A stretch of 64,000 bases of DNA from Octopus vulgaris (lineage: Eukaryota), in assembly GCA_951406725.2 (NCBI GenBank), contig OX597816.1, forward strand, positions 44,144,001 through 44,208,000, in the 5' to 3' direction. Made by a program: the position numbers and the translations under genes. The notes under the pieces are model-generated. The model saw only the letters and a program-made list of their open reading frames with translations. It did not search any database and was not told the DNA's origin. Positions 14,718 through 27,741 of the stretch are shown here, piece after piece; position 1 is the stretch's first letter; every line of letters starts with the position of its first letter.

Positions 14718-15015
14718 TGATGATGATGGTGATGATGATGATGATGATGAGGAGGAGGAGGAGGAGGAGGAGGAATTGGAGGAGGTGGACGACGACGACG
14801 AGGAGCGCGAGAAGAAGAAGAAGAAGAAGAAGAAAGAGGAGAAGAAGGAGAAGAAGAAGGAGAAGAAGGAGAAGATGATGGAGAAGAAGAAGAAGAAGAA
14901 GAACAACAACAACAACAACAAGTGGAAGAAAAAGAGAAAGAAGAAGAGGAAGGGGAGGAAAAAGAAGTCGAAGGAGCACGAGAAGAAGAAGAAGAAGAAG
15001 AAGAAGAAGAAGAAA

Positions 15016-15107
<92 letters not shown>

Positions 15108-15340
15108 AAGAAGAAGAAGAAGAAGGATGAAGAAGAAGAATTGGATGAAAAAGAAAAGGAAGTGGAAGTGGAAGAAGAGGAAGGAGAAGAAGTACAACAA
15201 CAACAAAACGAAGAGGACAACATACAGGACCATCACGACGACGATGTTGATGAAAAGGATGATCAGAGGAAAGAGGGCGGAAAATGAGGTAGCGGAAAGG
15301 GAGATGGTGGTGGAGATGGTGGTGATGGTGGTGGTGGTAA
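14718..15340. repeat. Compound trinucleotide repeat (GAT/GAG/GAC/AAG/AAC/AAT/GGT)
   Basis: Directly visible. It explains the homopolymer ORFs on both strands. Confidence 0.97.
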
Positions 15341-16242
15341 AAGTGAGAAATAAAACATAAGTGAGTTATAAGGGTCAATATCGAAACGGTCATGAGAAAC
15401 GTGTTCAGGGTATATAATCTTGCGTAGCTGATATCAGTTTCTCTAATGAACGTAGCCTTTAATTTCTATAATTGAGGTCGTTTGGCCGATTTCCAGTGAG
15501 ATATGTTCCTTTGCTGTTAGCTAATCAGAGAAACAAAGCTGCTGTAACCTTTAGAGGTACTTTCATGCCGGCTAGATTGTTGTAATGGACGTATATTTAA
15601 ATATCTCAGTAGAGGAAGTCGATAGGGTATCCCTGAAGATGGATTATTTGTGGAAGTATGATTGAGTTCATTGTTTAAGGTTGAATTGTATTTTTGTGAA
15701 AGCACATGACGTATTACTAGTGATGGGTCATTTAATTGTTCCTAGGTTGAGCAGAATACAAAGTTAAAAGTAGCAGGGAAGTTTTATTCTGTTGCAGTAT
15801 CATTAGAAGACACAAGGAACTGAAATAACTTGGCAGCGTCCATTTCTCTTTAAAGGGCCTTAAGCCCTAGTAGGAGAAATGATGGAGGAAAATATCTCCA
15901 CACTAGAAAGAGTGTCCAAATGCTTACAGCAGAGTAGACGGAGGGTGGGGAGCCTTCACCCAAGTACGGGTGAGATTTGAACTCAGAACGCAAAGAGCAA
16001 GAATAAATTCCATAATTGTTTCGGTGTTCTTACTTTTCTGTGTACCCACTAAATTGGAATGGAATATTTTAATTGAACCCGAAAAGAAGAGAAGCAAATT
16101 TAACGACCTTGGAATTTAAGAGTCTACAGAAATAAAGCATGACAATTTATCTGATTCCCCTCATTGCCCACTAAACACAATGATCTGAAAGCTTATCCTA
16201 TGCTTGTAATATATACATGTGAAACTAAATTAATCTTCCTCA

Positions 16243-16283
<41 letters not shown>

Positions 16284-16849
16284 ACTTGTTTGATATCGGT
16301 TACTGGAGATGAAAATAATATATGAATAACATACCCACCTGATATAGTTTTTATCCTAACTACCCTTAAATTTTCATCAATAAAATTCGTTTCCAGATTA
16401 TTCTCACATATTATATGATATGTCAATGAAAGGAATTGGTGCTATTTCGGAATTGATATCGTATATGTTTTATGTGTAGTCTTAGTTGCTCCTCTCATTC
16501 GTATAAGAATTGATCGAATATGTACATAGTACTGAAAATGTTATATCCTGTTCTGCTCTACGTATGTTAGTTATGATTTCAGCCGTTACTATATGAAACA
16601 GTTTATCAATGTTAATAGAAAAATTTCCACTTGGATTTACTTAAAAGACAGCTAAGTTTAATCTCTGCAACAATTCACAAATATCCTCCGCGAATTCCTT
16701 AATGCTCTCAAAAATTATGTGTTGGTCCCCTGAAGAGCTTTTATATTAAGTGATTATAGTAAAAATGAGCCATCATAGGCTTTCAGCAATTATATTTATT
16801 TTCGAAAATATATAACGTTCTAAAAGGTAAAAGAAAAATTTAGCAAAAT

Positions 16850-18700
16850 CTATGGAATGAGTGACAGAGTTATATTTTTGTGCATATTTCTTTGAAGTCT
16901 GGTTTAATGGCAAACAGCTGCATTTTCCTATCTGTCTAAGCATTTAATCTATGGTAACAATTTTTCTTTTTCTTTTTGAGTATGCAGAAAATCTTGTTCC
17001 ACTTAAATATGTAGATGGGAAGCGACAAAGTACTTTAATAACGCTGGCTGATAGCAGCAAATATTTTTTTTTCATAGTAAACCAAAATTCAGAGTATTTT
17101 AAATATGCTTCATAAGAAAAGCGGAATCTGAAGTGATGTTAATAAACGTTTCATACTCTGCCGCAAATAAATTTGCTGGTCTTCGTTACAAATTTAATGG
17201 ATCGTTAATCTATGCTTCATTTTGTAACATGATGCTTTGATTATTTGGAAAGCATTTACTTACTGAATTATATACATATTCTAAGTAGATTCACATCATT
17301 AAAATGCATCGATAATTCATTTGCACTGGTGTCACTAACCCACTTAGCGCGATATATCTTTCAGAAATTGTAATTTCTTGTTACCTGCTTACTTACTATG
17401 AAACGTTTACTTCATCTATTTGGGAAAAAAATCTCAGCCAAGTCGGAGCAACTACAGCTTGTTCACCATTGTTATGCTCCACAGAAGAAAAAAAAACCTG
17501 ATGGCGCATTTCTTAGTTCAAAATCACACATTAAAACCTTTCCACAAGATAGCAACTGTATTTCGGTATGCAATTGAAAGATGTTGTGGGTATTTCTCAT
17601 TTCCTTTTCACAGGTCATTACAGAAAGGTTAGGTTTTCACAGAATTAATAACTCTACTGTGTTATCAAGAACCATGATATTTTTTAACGGTAACAGCAAG
17701 ATAGTACAATTCCAATGGTGATACGTACGGTTATGATAAAAATCAATCGTACCGACCTTATATTTTACACAATCAGCACAGATATATGTACAATTACTCC
17801 ACGGTAGAATGTCAGTTTTAAAGATCTCAGTAATCTGAACACCTTCACTGCTACTTATAGTGCCCAGCAAATCTTGCTAAAGAGCAACTCCTCTTCAATT
17901 CTTCGTTGATAGGGAAAACTTAAAAAAACAAATTAACAATTCCAGAAAAATTTATTGATTTATCTACTCGCATGGTAAATTTAAAATTTTGATTTCGAGT
18001 TACTAGCTCAGTGCTAGTTGATAATTTTTTTTTAACCGATCATGTTATGTTTACCATCAAGAACTGGAACCATCGTGACTTCTTTCACTCACTTCTCACT
18101 CAGCAGGGATTCACATATATCTGCAACAGAAGTATTTTCATGTTGCTTAACTATTTTTAATACAACTCCAGTAAACGTGATGCGAGAATTTCCTCTGTAA
18201 GAAGTTTTTATGCTTTTGTGAATTTTTCCTTGTGTGTATGAAATGTAGTAAATGGGTTTATGCCTTTGGTTAAGTTCATGACAGCTGAAAAAAGTATATA
18301 CAGTAATACCTCGACTATCGCGGGCGTTACCTTCCAAAACCCCACGCGATAGGTGAACACCCACGAAGTAGAAACAGTACTGTACAGTATTTTTTATTTT
18401 TATTTCTATAATTTGTATATATTTATTTTAATATAAACGCAAAACAACACAACAGAGAAATCCATGTAAGCTTAAATAATAAGCCGTGATAGGTGAACCG
18501 CGATATGGCGAGGGTTTACTTTATATTTCTCTTTTCTCAACGTTTAGCCTCTCAATGACCTTGTACCTTAATTGGGACAAAAGCCATGTTTGATAATGTT
18601 TTCTGGGATGATATGCAACAAGGTGAATCAATAAAGGCTATAAAGCTGAGAGAAAGATATTCATCGTAGTATCTGTATTTTCTGTTGACAACGCATTGCA
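16850..18700 (-). mobile_element. Decayed hAT (Buster/Charlie type) transposase
   Basis: Manual minus-strand translation gives motifs in the expected order: YDEYLSLSF..PCC..LSN.A.VP.K...H (BED finger), FTMRVDKSIN (FALQLDESTD), EEELL, ICAD, HTEIQLLSCGKVL (HTEVRWLSRGKVL), and FW...VLCRFPSTYL...FS...RLNA...QL..IKPDF (C-terminal dimerisation domain). Confidence 0.82.
18301..18521. mobile_element. pogo/Tigger-like MITE nested in the hAT element
   Basis: TA|CAGTAATACCTCGACTATCGCGG ... CCGCGATATGGCGAGGGTTTACTT|TA. Imperfect TIRs, TA flanks, internal repeat GATAGGTGAAC. Confidence 0.78.
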
Positions 18701-19133
18701 GGTTTTTCGATTAAGATTAGTGGTTTTCCCTCTTCTAGGAACATTCACTCAATCTGAGAACAAAAATCGGAGAAAACAACTTTAACGGCAACACCGTATG
18801 TAGTCAGAGATTTAGTTTGTCTCTACAATAATTTTATTTTTAAGTTAACGAAACATTCTTTAAAATGAAGTAAAATTATTAATTAAAACACATAAAGAAT
18901 AACTAAAACAGTATTTTTAAGGCTTATGTAGACACTTATTCAAATTATTTCAGTTAGGAGGCTCACCTTTGATATTTTCATTTGAAAAAAGGGATTAATT
19001 TAACGTTTTATATTTTATTAAAATATAAAAGGAGTTTGATAAAAAGAAAAATCTTATATATACTATTTCAAGTTAGAAAATATTTTAATTGAAATACATC
19101 TTGGAAGAAATATATTTGCCATTTACAAACATG

Positions 19134-20351
19134 CGAGGGTCGGCTCAAAAGTGCATAAACTGACCAAGATATTCTCATGGAATGTAGCCAAATGATGGTT
19201 ATCAACATTGTCCACTTTGCGGTCCACACGCTTCTTCTATTGGTATTGTTGTGCTTCTATTGGTATTGATGAAGTATCTTTCATCCAGTCGGTCAGAAAA
19301 GGCAACAGTAGATAAGACGTCATTATCACTGCGATACAGGTTACCAGCCAAATATGTTTTCATACTGTGGAACAGATGATAGATGGGGTCCAAATCATAA
19401 GAATAGGGAGGATGATTAACCATCTGTACACGCACAGCAACCATTGATATCTAGGTCTTATGTGGCAGAGCATTGTCTTCGTGAAACAAGATCCGTTCGT
19501 CAGTTTTCCTAAGAGCTTGGTCTTGATAGCCTTTCGTATTTGCCTCAGCAATTTGGCATATTCCTCTTCATAGATGGTGTGGCCCTCTCAAAAATAGTCA
19601 ATTAACGCAATGCATTCTGTATCCGAAAAACTGAGTCCATCATCCTCCTTACAGATGAAACGACCTTGGCCCTCTTTGGAGAAAATGCTGAGGAAGTTTC
19701 CGTTGCATGTGTCTGGCTAAAAGTGATGAACCCAAACTCACTCTAGGTTAGGAAACGTTCAAGGAAACCATTTGGAAACATCTCAAACAGTTTCAGATGT
19801 TACCGTGATGCGATCAAACTCGTGCGCTTTTGATCAGGTATCAAAAGACACGACATTCAGAAACCTTCGTTATGCCAAGTTTATTATGCAAAATATTCTC
19901 AACTTCTCACAGGATATGCTAATACCATTAGCTATTTTATTTATAGTCATTCGTTTGTCATCAATCATCATGTGGCAAACATGACCAATGTTTCCCACGG
20001 AGGCGTCATTTACAGGACGTCCATACTTTGGGTTATCTTCAAGACCATTCCTTTCTCTCCTAAATTCAGCTTCCAACTTTTGTACCGTTGAAAAAACTGG
20101 AGCATTATCCCCGAATGTAGTCCAAATAAGCCTGAATGTCCTAGGGGGCTAATCCTTTTATTCTGCAGGTACTTGGTAGCATCATTTTGGAAGATTTTGG
20201 AAAGTCAGATGTCAGTTTACGTTGACAGGAACTATGCAGTTATGCAGTTATTAATAAAAATAGTTCAAAATTAACACAAGCAAGATTTAGCATGCACACC
20301 TCTAGCATCGCTCCTTCATAGTCAGTCTATAAATATTTCAGCTCACCCTCG
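19134..20351 (-). mobile_element. Near full-length decayed mariner element
   Basis: ~31-bp imperfect TIRs (CGAGGGTCGGCTCAAAAG... / ...TTTCAGCTCACCCTCG|TA). Fragments LEDNPKYGRP, DKRMTINKIA and HPPYSYDLDP (YSPDLAP). Length ~1.2 kb. Confidence 0.88.
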
Positions 20352-20787
20352 TAAAAACTGTTGAAATTTATTTAACATTTATTTTTGTGCGTCGGAAATG
20401 GTTACAATGGTTTTTCCATGATGGAAAGCTTCAGTTTCAACATATTGAATTTGACCATGTTATTTAATAGACAAATACAACTCATAAATTATTGCTGTCA
20501 GTTAGTTTTATACTTATAATGCAGCAAAGAACATCGTCGAAAAAGTTAGATTTCTTTAAAATTGTTATAAATTCAATTTTTCAAAACAATTTCCAAAACA
20601 TCGCAAATGGATCGAGGGGAAAATTACAAAAAAGAAAAGAAGAGACTTCGACAAAGGATTGATTTAGTGTAATATTTATGCGATTGATTAATTCAGAATA
20701 TTGAATACTTCATTCTGTTTTGGTAAACGTGTGAATGCTGTTATATAAATTATGATTGTGCATAAGTTATGAGTTGAAAGTTAACAT

Positions 20788-20825
20788 GGCGTAGGAGTGG
20801 CTGTGTGGTAAGTAGCTTCTTACCA
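20788..20825 (+). mobile_element. SINE family A head (left part of a split copy)
   Basis: GGCGTAGGAGTGGCTGTGTGGTAAGTAGCTTCTTACCA. The copy resumes at 23024. Confidence 0.88.
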
Positions 20826-23023
20826 GACAGACGTGTTGTTTTTTGCTCCTGCAAATGTCACGTGTTTGAACGTGAAATGTTGAACTTTTGACTCGGTGAC
20901 AGGTAAGACGTTCTGTATTTTTAGAAGCATAGTGAAGTTTATTGCTTGCTTAATGTTATTTAGCAGTTAACGTTATCTAGCATTAATATTTTTTTGCGGG
21001 TAATAGACTTCACTTTACTTCAGATATATTTCTCTGCCTGTTGTCGTGTCTAAGGTCTCACTCTTTAGTGAGAATTGTGCTTTTTGAGGAGGCGTAGCCC
21101 CTCCGCAAAAATTAATTTGTTTGCTTGTGTTTTACTACTTCGCAAGAAAATTATAAAAATAAGCCACTATTGGATTACCTTTCGGACCCATTTTTGTGGA
21201 GGTTGTGTTGCAGTTGCGGCGTTCCAGGTTCAACCCAGGCCTGGAGTACCGCAAGGCCAGAATATTTTTGCTGTGTTTTTTCTGTTTATTAACTTTCTTT
21301 TGAACTTCATTTAACCCCCTCCCCTTTTGTTTTTTTTTCTTTATTGCGACTTTCCGTTAATTTCTTCCCTTCTGTTGTACTTTCTCCTTTTTGTTTTTTC
21401 AAAAATCTATCAAATTTTATTTAGACTTTTGAACTTTTTTCTTCCTGCTTTTGAGTTTAATTTGAATATATTTTTAAAAAAACATGGCAATGAAAAATAA
21501 CAAAATTTTGGAGTGGGAAATCATACCACCCAAAAAGTGGTTAAAAGACCGTGAAGATAGGACGGTGGTGTTGAGAACCTACTCCAAGGCACTTGACACC
21601 ATCGCCCTATTCGAAAAGACGGCAATTGAGGAGGAGTTGGAAGAGTATTTGCCAACAATTAAATTCATTTCCAGGGGTGTCAAATATGCAACGGTGTGGT
21701 TGCTATTTGACACCCCTGAAGAGGCTTGCATATTTGCTAGCAAACCCTTGGAGGGTAAGGAAATCTTATTCCTGCCCACGTACAAAAAAAGAAATTGATG
21801 AAAGCTTGGATCTGCGGACTGCCACCCGACATAGAACCCAAGTGGATAGAGGAGACTATCCGCCGGGGTCTGGGTGACAGCGAAACTAAGCTCCTCAATG
21901 TAAAGTTCTTCCTGCGGCTGCTTGGGTTGGGTCGAAAGCAATTTTGACTCTGTGGACACAATCAGCCAATCTGGTTCTTCCAGATTTTTTGAAAATGGCC
22001 GGGTGCAGATACCCGGTGATGCTTGAGGGTCGCCCCCCTAAGTGTCATCGGTGCTTGGAGTCCGGCCACATAAAGAAGAACTGTCATCGGGAACAAAATA
22101 GGATCCCGGAACAGTTAAGTAAAACCCCTCTAGAAGAGGGAACGATAACGGCCGAGAAAGCAGAGGACTCCTCAAACAGAGGCCGAAAGAGGAAGGTGAG
22201 CAACAATGGGTGCTCACCAAAGGATAATAGGGATGAGGAGAGGAAGGCGAATCTTCCAGCCACGGAGGAGACGCACCCTCCCTCAGTTGAAAAGGAAAAA
22301 AAAGAAAAAGAGGAAGAAAAACGGGACATTACCGGCTGTCAGTGTAGCACCGGAATGTCGCGGAACTACGTCGGTTGGGGTTGTGCCACCGACAAGAGAA
22401 GGAATACCGTTGGCACAAACTGTGCCGCCAACGAAAAGAACTAAATGTGTTGGTCCTCTTCTATAGAGGAGGAGAAATTGAAAAAGTGATGGAAGAGCAC
22501 TACAAGGGAGCACCTTTAGCCTTCACACAGGACCCCGAATGGCCTCCGCAGGTAGCTGTGGAGGCCGTGGCGTTCGACGTGACGCTAGGGCTAAAGGAGC
22601 TCAACGAAGATTATAACTTGGTCCCGGGCGACGCGAACTCGGAACTTGACTACGTTCTGAGGGAGGCGTGGTTGATGGTGGAGGGCGCGGGCACAAGCTA
22701 TTTCGAGGACGATATGTATTATTAGTAATGGACTTAAGTCCAAAAATTGAAAAATTGTAAGAGGATTAATACCTCGTTTTGTATTAATAATGGACTGCTA
22801 AGCCCAAAAATTGGGAAAAATTGTAAGAGGTTTTATACCTCGTTTTGTGTTTATCTTTTTAAAAAGAACAATGTTTTAGAGAAGCAAAAATCGGCGGGCG
22901 CTTTCTGTCTTCTCCCATCCTTATCATCTTTCTTTCATTATCATTCACTTCATTAATGTCCTCGTCCAGCCCGCAAAGCTAACTTAATCTGTGTACTGCC
23001 TTTATGGCAAATGTTTTGAAATA
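20826..23023 (+). mobile_element. ORF1-only L1/Tx1-related non-autonomous retroelement (HAL1-like)
   Basis: Flanked by a ~16-17-bp TSD (AAGTAGCTTCTTACCA 20810-20825; AAGTAGCTTGTTTACGA 23024-23040). One frameshifted ORF, ~300-bp 3' UTR, AATAAA at the 3' junction. No EN or RT motifs seen. Confidence 0.8.
21484..22725 (+). pseudogene. Tx1/L1-type ORF1 (RRM-like plus CCHC zinc knuckle), frameshifted
   Basis: Joined frames read ...ATVWLLFDTPEEA... / KAWICGLPPDI / LPDFLKMAGCRYPVMLEGRPPKCHRCLESGHIKKNC (CX2CX4HX4C). This is followed by a basic linker with RGRKRK and an acidic C-terminal segment ending at TAG 22725. Confidence 0.82.
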
Positions 23024-23155
23024 AAGTAGCTTGTTTACGAACAACATGGTTCCGAGTTCAGTCCACCTTGGGCAAGTGTCTTCTACTATAGCCGCGGGCC
23101 CACCAAAGCTTTGTGAGTGGATTTGGTAGACGGAAACTGAAAGAAGCCCGTCGTA

Positions 23156-23198
<43 letters not shown>

Positions 23199-23420
23199 GT
23201 GTATATGTTTGTGTGTCTGTGTTTGTCCCCCCAACATTGCTTGACAACCGATGCTAGTGTGCTTACGTCCCCGTAACTTAGCGGTTCGGCAAAAGAGACC
23301 GATAGAATAAGCAATAGGCTTACAAAGAATAAGTCCCGTTGTCGACTTGCTCGACTAAAGGCGGTGCTCCAGCATGGCCACAGTCAAATGACTGAAACAA
23401 GTAAAAGAAAAGAAAGAAAA
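23024..23420 (+). mobile_element. SINE family A (right part of the split copy)
   Basis: Continues AACAACATGGTTCCGAGTTCAGTCC...CCTTGGGCAAGTGTCTT...GACTGAAACAAGTAAAAG. Confidence 0.92.
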
Positions 23421-23424
23421 AGAA

Positions 23425-24021
23425 TGCAACTTACGGCGACGAGGCAATGAGTTGTAGGCAAAGTTTCGGGTGGCACGGGTGATCAAAAAGTAGGTGAAAG
23501 TCCCTGGGAGACGATGAGTGATTGGGAGACCTACCACGAAAGTCACCCCCGGAAATGTGTATTGTGCATCGAGAATACGTCCCCCGGTACCAGGCCGTTC
23601 TATTGCGATGTTTGAAGCGTTTGAGGGAGAACATTCAGCGAAAGCGACCGAATCTGTGGAGCGCAAGGAATTGGATTCTTCACGAGAAAAATGTACCCCG
23701 TCGCGGAGCAGTCCTCACTTGTGAGTTTCTCGTCAAACGTAACATGGCATGTCTTCCACACCAGCCGTATTCACCAGATTTAGCACTTGCAGACTTCCAG
23801 CTCCCCCACCCCACCAGATAAAAATGCAGCTGAAAAGACACCATTTTAACACATTTGTCGAGATGAAGAGCGAATCGCAGAAGGTTCTCGATTCACTTAC
23901 GGAAAACGACTTCCTGGCCGAATTCCAAATGTGACTATTTCGAAGATGACGTTAAACCTGAGGTAAATAAGATACTTTTTATTAAACATAACTAGTCCGC
24001 GAATTTTGTGATACCACCTCG
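23425..24021 (+). mobile_element. Internally deleted mariner remnant
   Basis: YGDEAMS, WILH, HQPYSPDLALADF, and a TIR-like end TGATACCACCTCG|TA. Confidence 0.8.
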
Positions 24022-26421
24022 TATTATATGATTCTTTACAGTAGCTGTTATATGGATTGTCTAAAATATATGTGGCAGTCTTCTGGTGTCTTGTTTCTTT
24101 CCATTTTCCTAATGAAAATTGCGACTGCTCCACAATAACACTCATATCTATATTTTCATATTTCTTCATAATCAATGTTTTTAATAACCTATAAACTACT
24201 TAAATTCTCACCGAGCCAACAAAAGCATCGAACCAAAACAAAAGAGAAGCCTTTATGGTGTAGTTTGAAACAGCTTGAAACAGCAGACAAATCTCTTTCA
24301 AATTGTTGCCTACTTTCTAATATAAAGAAAATACATCCTTACATAATATAGGTTTGAAATGTTGGCACAAGGCCAGTAAGTGTGAGGAAGAAATAAAGTC
24401 GATTACATCAACCCCAGTGCTCAACTAGTACTTATATTATTGCATTATATAGTTCCATATATTCATTCTCATATAAAAACAGACGAAGACAGAATTGAAC
24501 GTCTGTCCCCATATCTCGATGATAGGTTAACCTATATCTAAACAAAAACAACAACAAAAATGATAAAGTTTATTGCATAAATCTTATGTTTGTTGTTAAA
24601 TATGATAAACTTTATATTTTATAAACTTTACCATGTTTGTCGCTGAAAATTTCAAACTGAATATAAACACATAAATCAGACATCAAATGAAAAATATCGA
24701 GCATTTAAGCAGATTCAGTTTCTTGGATTTTATATATAATTAATTTTATATTCACGTAAAAAAACACTAAGCTTTAAACCATGGTTCTTGATAATGAGAT
24801 GTCTTATTCATGTTGTAATCCTGTCAAAGATAACTTTGAGGTGTATTCAAAATACAAGTTTTACATGCCGAGCTTAAAATATATGGTAACAAAAACAACA
24901 ACCCGTCTAAACACCCAGTTACCCTCAGATTTTTTGCCCTTCCGGGAGCTCACACTGTCCCCAGGTAGGACCAACAAACCGACCAACCACTTTAAGGACC
25001 ATTTCTTTAAGACAATTCATTTTAAAATCCATTCAACAACCATGTTTCAAAAGAATACAAAAACAGAGGCAATTCATTTTTTATTATTCTTAACCCAAGT
25101 CTCTGTATAAATACTTAACCTGTCACTGGCAGTCGAAATTTTATAAGTGACAGATATATCAAGACAAGGTGACATTTATAACCAACAAAATTCAGGTAGG
25201 AAAAGCTAGAAAGCTATTATTTATGGCGTATATACAATCCTGTTTAATGTGATTCAGTGTATCTAGAAACATAAGAACTGCAAAGGTTAGGGTTATGTGT
25301 TAAAGCTTCACTCTAAAGAGAATTAGACATGAGGAGGGGATGAAACGTGGGAGCGAAGTTAAAATATTTCATGACTTTCCTTGACAGTTTGATAGGCAAA
25401 CGCACTAACAACAATGCTATCACGTGGAAAGCAATGACAACAAATGTTTATCAACACCACCACCAACAATAACAACAACAACATTGATATCAACGTCACC
25501 AGCAACACAATTATAAATTGTTAATTAGCGATGGATACTCAAATTTCTGGTGCTAGGGGAATTAACGCTATAATTGAAGCTGATGAAATCCTTAAATCAA
25601 ATTCTGACGTCTATTCCATTAGCCAATAATGTACCACGTATCACGCTGGCTTCTTAATTAGGAAAGAAACCATAGGCTAGTAGGGTCATATGTATGCTCT
25701 ACCCAGGTCATACTGGCAACTTTCAAGTGGTATAGTCTGTGAGAACAGAGGGCGCTAACCGAAAGCCGCACGAGGAATTCGAGTGAACACGATAGAAATT
25801 TTGTAATATAAATGTATGTGTATCGGCGTATGTGGGTGTATATGATGGATCTTCGTCGGTTACCACGATAAAAATTCAGCTGTTTAATCAACTGAGTTGC
25901 TTGGACATTGAATTACCAAGTGTCCAACCATATTCTATAAACGCGCGCACGCACACACACTCATATACACGCGCACACACACTTTAATTCACGGACGGCC
26001 ACACCAGACACACACCTGCATATTTAATTCACATTCAGACAGAATCTGCCTGATTTAATGTTTGACCAAACTATTCCACTGAATTACATTACAATATATC
26101 CGTGAGGCTTCAGCATAGTTTCTGTCTATACAGCTTCATTCATTAGGATCTTCAAGATGCCATCGTGACCAAGTGGTTCGAGAGATGACCCCAGCATGAT
26201 AAGGTCGCGTGTTCGATTTTTGAAAATGGCTGTTTCGTTGAGTGCTTGACTGAGGTACTTGATGTTACATTACTACTATCGTGGCGTAGTCTTCTCGACT
26301 AATGCTGACCACAACTGCGTAAAAGTAAAAAATGATTTTAAAAATACACAGCACCACCACCAACGACAACAACGAAAATAGCAAAACAATGTTGAAGTTA
26401 GCTGATATAGGATACTGAACG

Positions 26422-26843
26422 CTCTTTTACTCTTTTACTTGTATCAGTCATTTTGATTGCGGCCATGCTGAAGCACCGCTTTTAGTCGAGCAAATCGGAC
26501 CTAGGACTTATTCTTTGTAAGCATAGTACTTATTCTATCGGTCTCTTTCGCCGAACCACTAAGTTACGGGGACGTAAACATGCCTGCATCGGTTGTCAAC
26601 AATGTTGGGTGGACAAACATAGACACAATACACACACACACATACATACATACAAACATATATATATATACACATATATACGGCGGGCTTCTTTCAGTTT
26701 CCGTCTACCAAATCCACTCACAAGGCTTTGGTTAGCCCGAGGCTATAGTAGAAGACACTTGCCCAAGGTGCCACGCAGTGGGACTGAACCTGAAACCATG
26801 TGGTTGGTAAGCAAGCTACTTACCACAGAGCCACTCCTACGCC
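26422..26843 (-). mobile_element. SINE family A, full length
   Basis: Complete tRNA-like head, CORE-like block, internal microsatellite and (GTAAAAGA)n tail on the minus strand. Confidence 0.93.
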
Positions 26844-27297
26844 TATTGATGAATTCTTAAGAAGTAGCAGCGAAGTTGACCCAATTACTATTAAAAGTCG
26901 TTAAATTGTAACACATAAATAGTAATCCTAGATAGAATTGCTGACACAAATGTTTTCAAAAGGCTGGAAATTATGAGAGATTTCTTTTGGTAATTAGAGT
27001 CAGGGGTTGAATATCAATGACAACAACATCTAGCGAGAGTTAGTAATATCATAAAGTGCAAAAAGAGAACCACAAAATCCTGAACGCCACCTACAGCATC
27101 ACAACCACCACCGCCAACAAAATCATGATCAATAAGAACATGAAAAACAATAACGAAGAACCAAAGCAATGCCTTCATTAATAATCATCAAAACATCACA
27201 CTCGTCCAAATGAATTTGCGAAATAACAAGGGCGTTTTTGCACAGCCACTCAACATTATAGAAACAGAAGACTCATTTCTCTGAAATAACATTGCAT

Positions 27298-27698
27298 AGT
27301 GTAGGAGTGTCTGTGTGGTAAGTTGCTTGCTTACCAACCACATTGTTCCGGTTTAGTCCCACTGCGGGGCACCTTGGGTAAATATCTGCTACTATAGCCT
27401 CGTGCCGACCAAAGCCTTGTGAGTGGATTTGGTAGACGGAAACGGAAAGAAGCCCGTCGTATATATGTATATATATATACGTGTGTGTGTGGGGTGTCTG
27501 TGTTTGTGCCCCCAACATCGATTGACAACCGATGCTGGTGTGTTTACATCCTTGTAACTTAGCGGTTCGGCAAAAGAGACCGATAGAATAAGTATTAGCT
27601 TACAAAGAATAAGTCCTGGGGTCGATTTGCTCGACTAAAAGGCGGTGATCCAGCATGGCCGAAGTCAAATGACTGGAACAAGTAAAAGAGTAAAAGAG
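27298..27698 (+). mobile_element. SINE family A, full length
   Basis: Same organisation on the plus strand, tail AAGTAAAAGAGTAAAAGAG. Confidence 0.93.
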
Positions 27699-27741
27699 AG
27701 TGTTTAGTAAATCAATACATAAATTAAAACAAAAAAGAAAG

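Noticed and set aside
14428-15393. Long ORFs on both strands with poly-D/E/K/S/L tracts
   Set aside because: They are translations of compound trinucleotide repeats; the unique N-terminal part has no recognisable motif.
20895-21425. Intron in the leader of the ORF1-only element (AG|GTAAGA ... TTTAG)
   Set aside because: Splice-like signals are plausible but common in T-rich DNA; there is no independent support.
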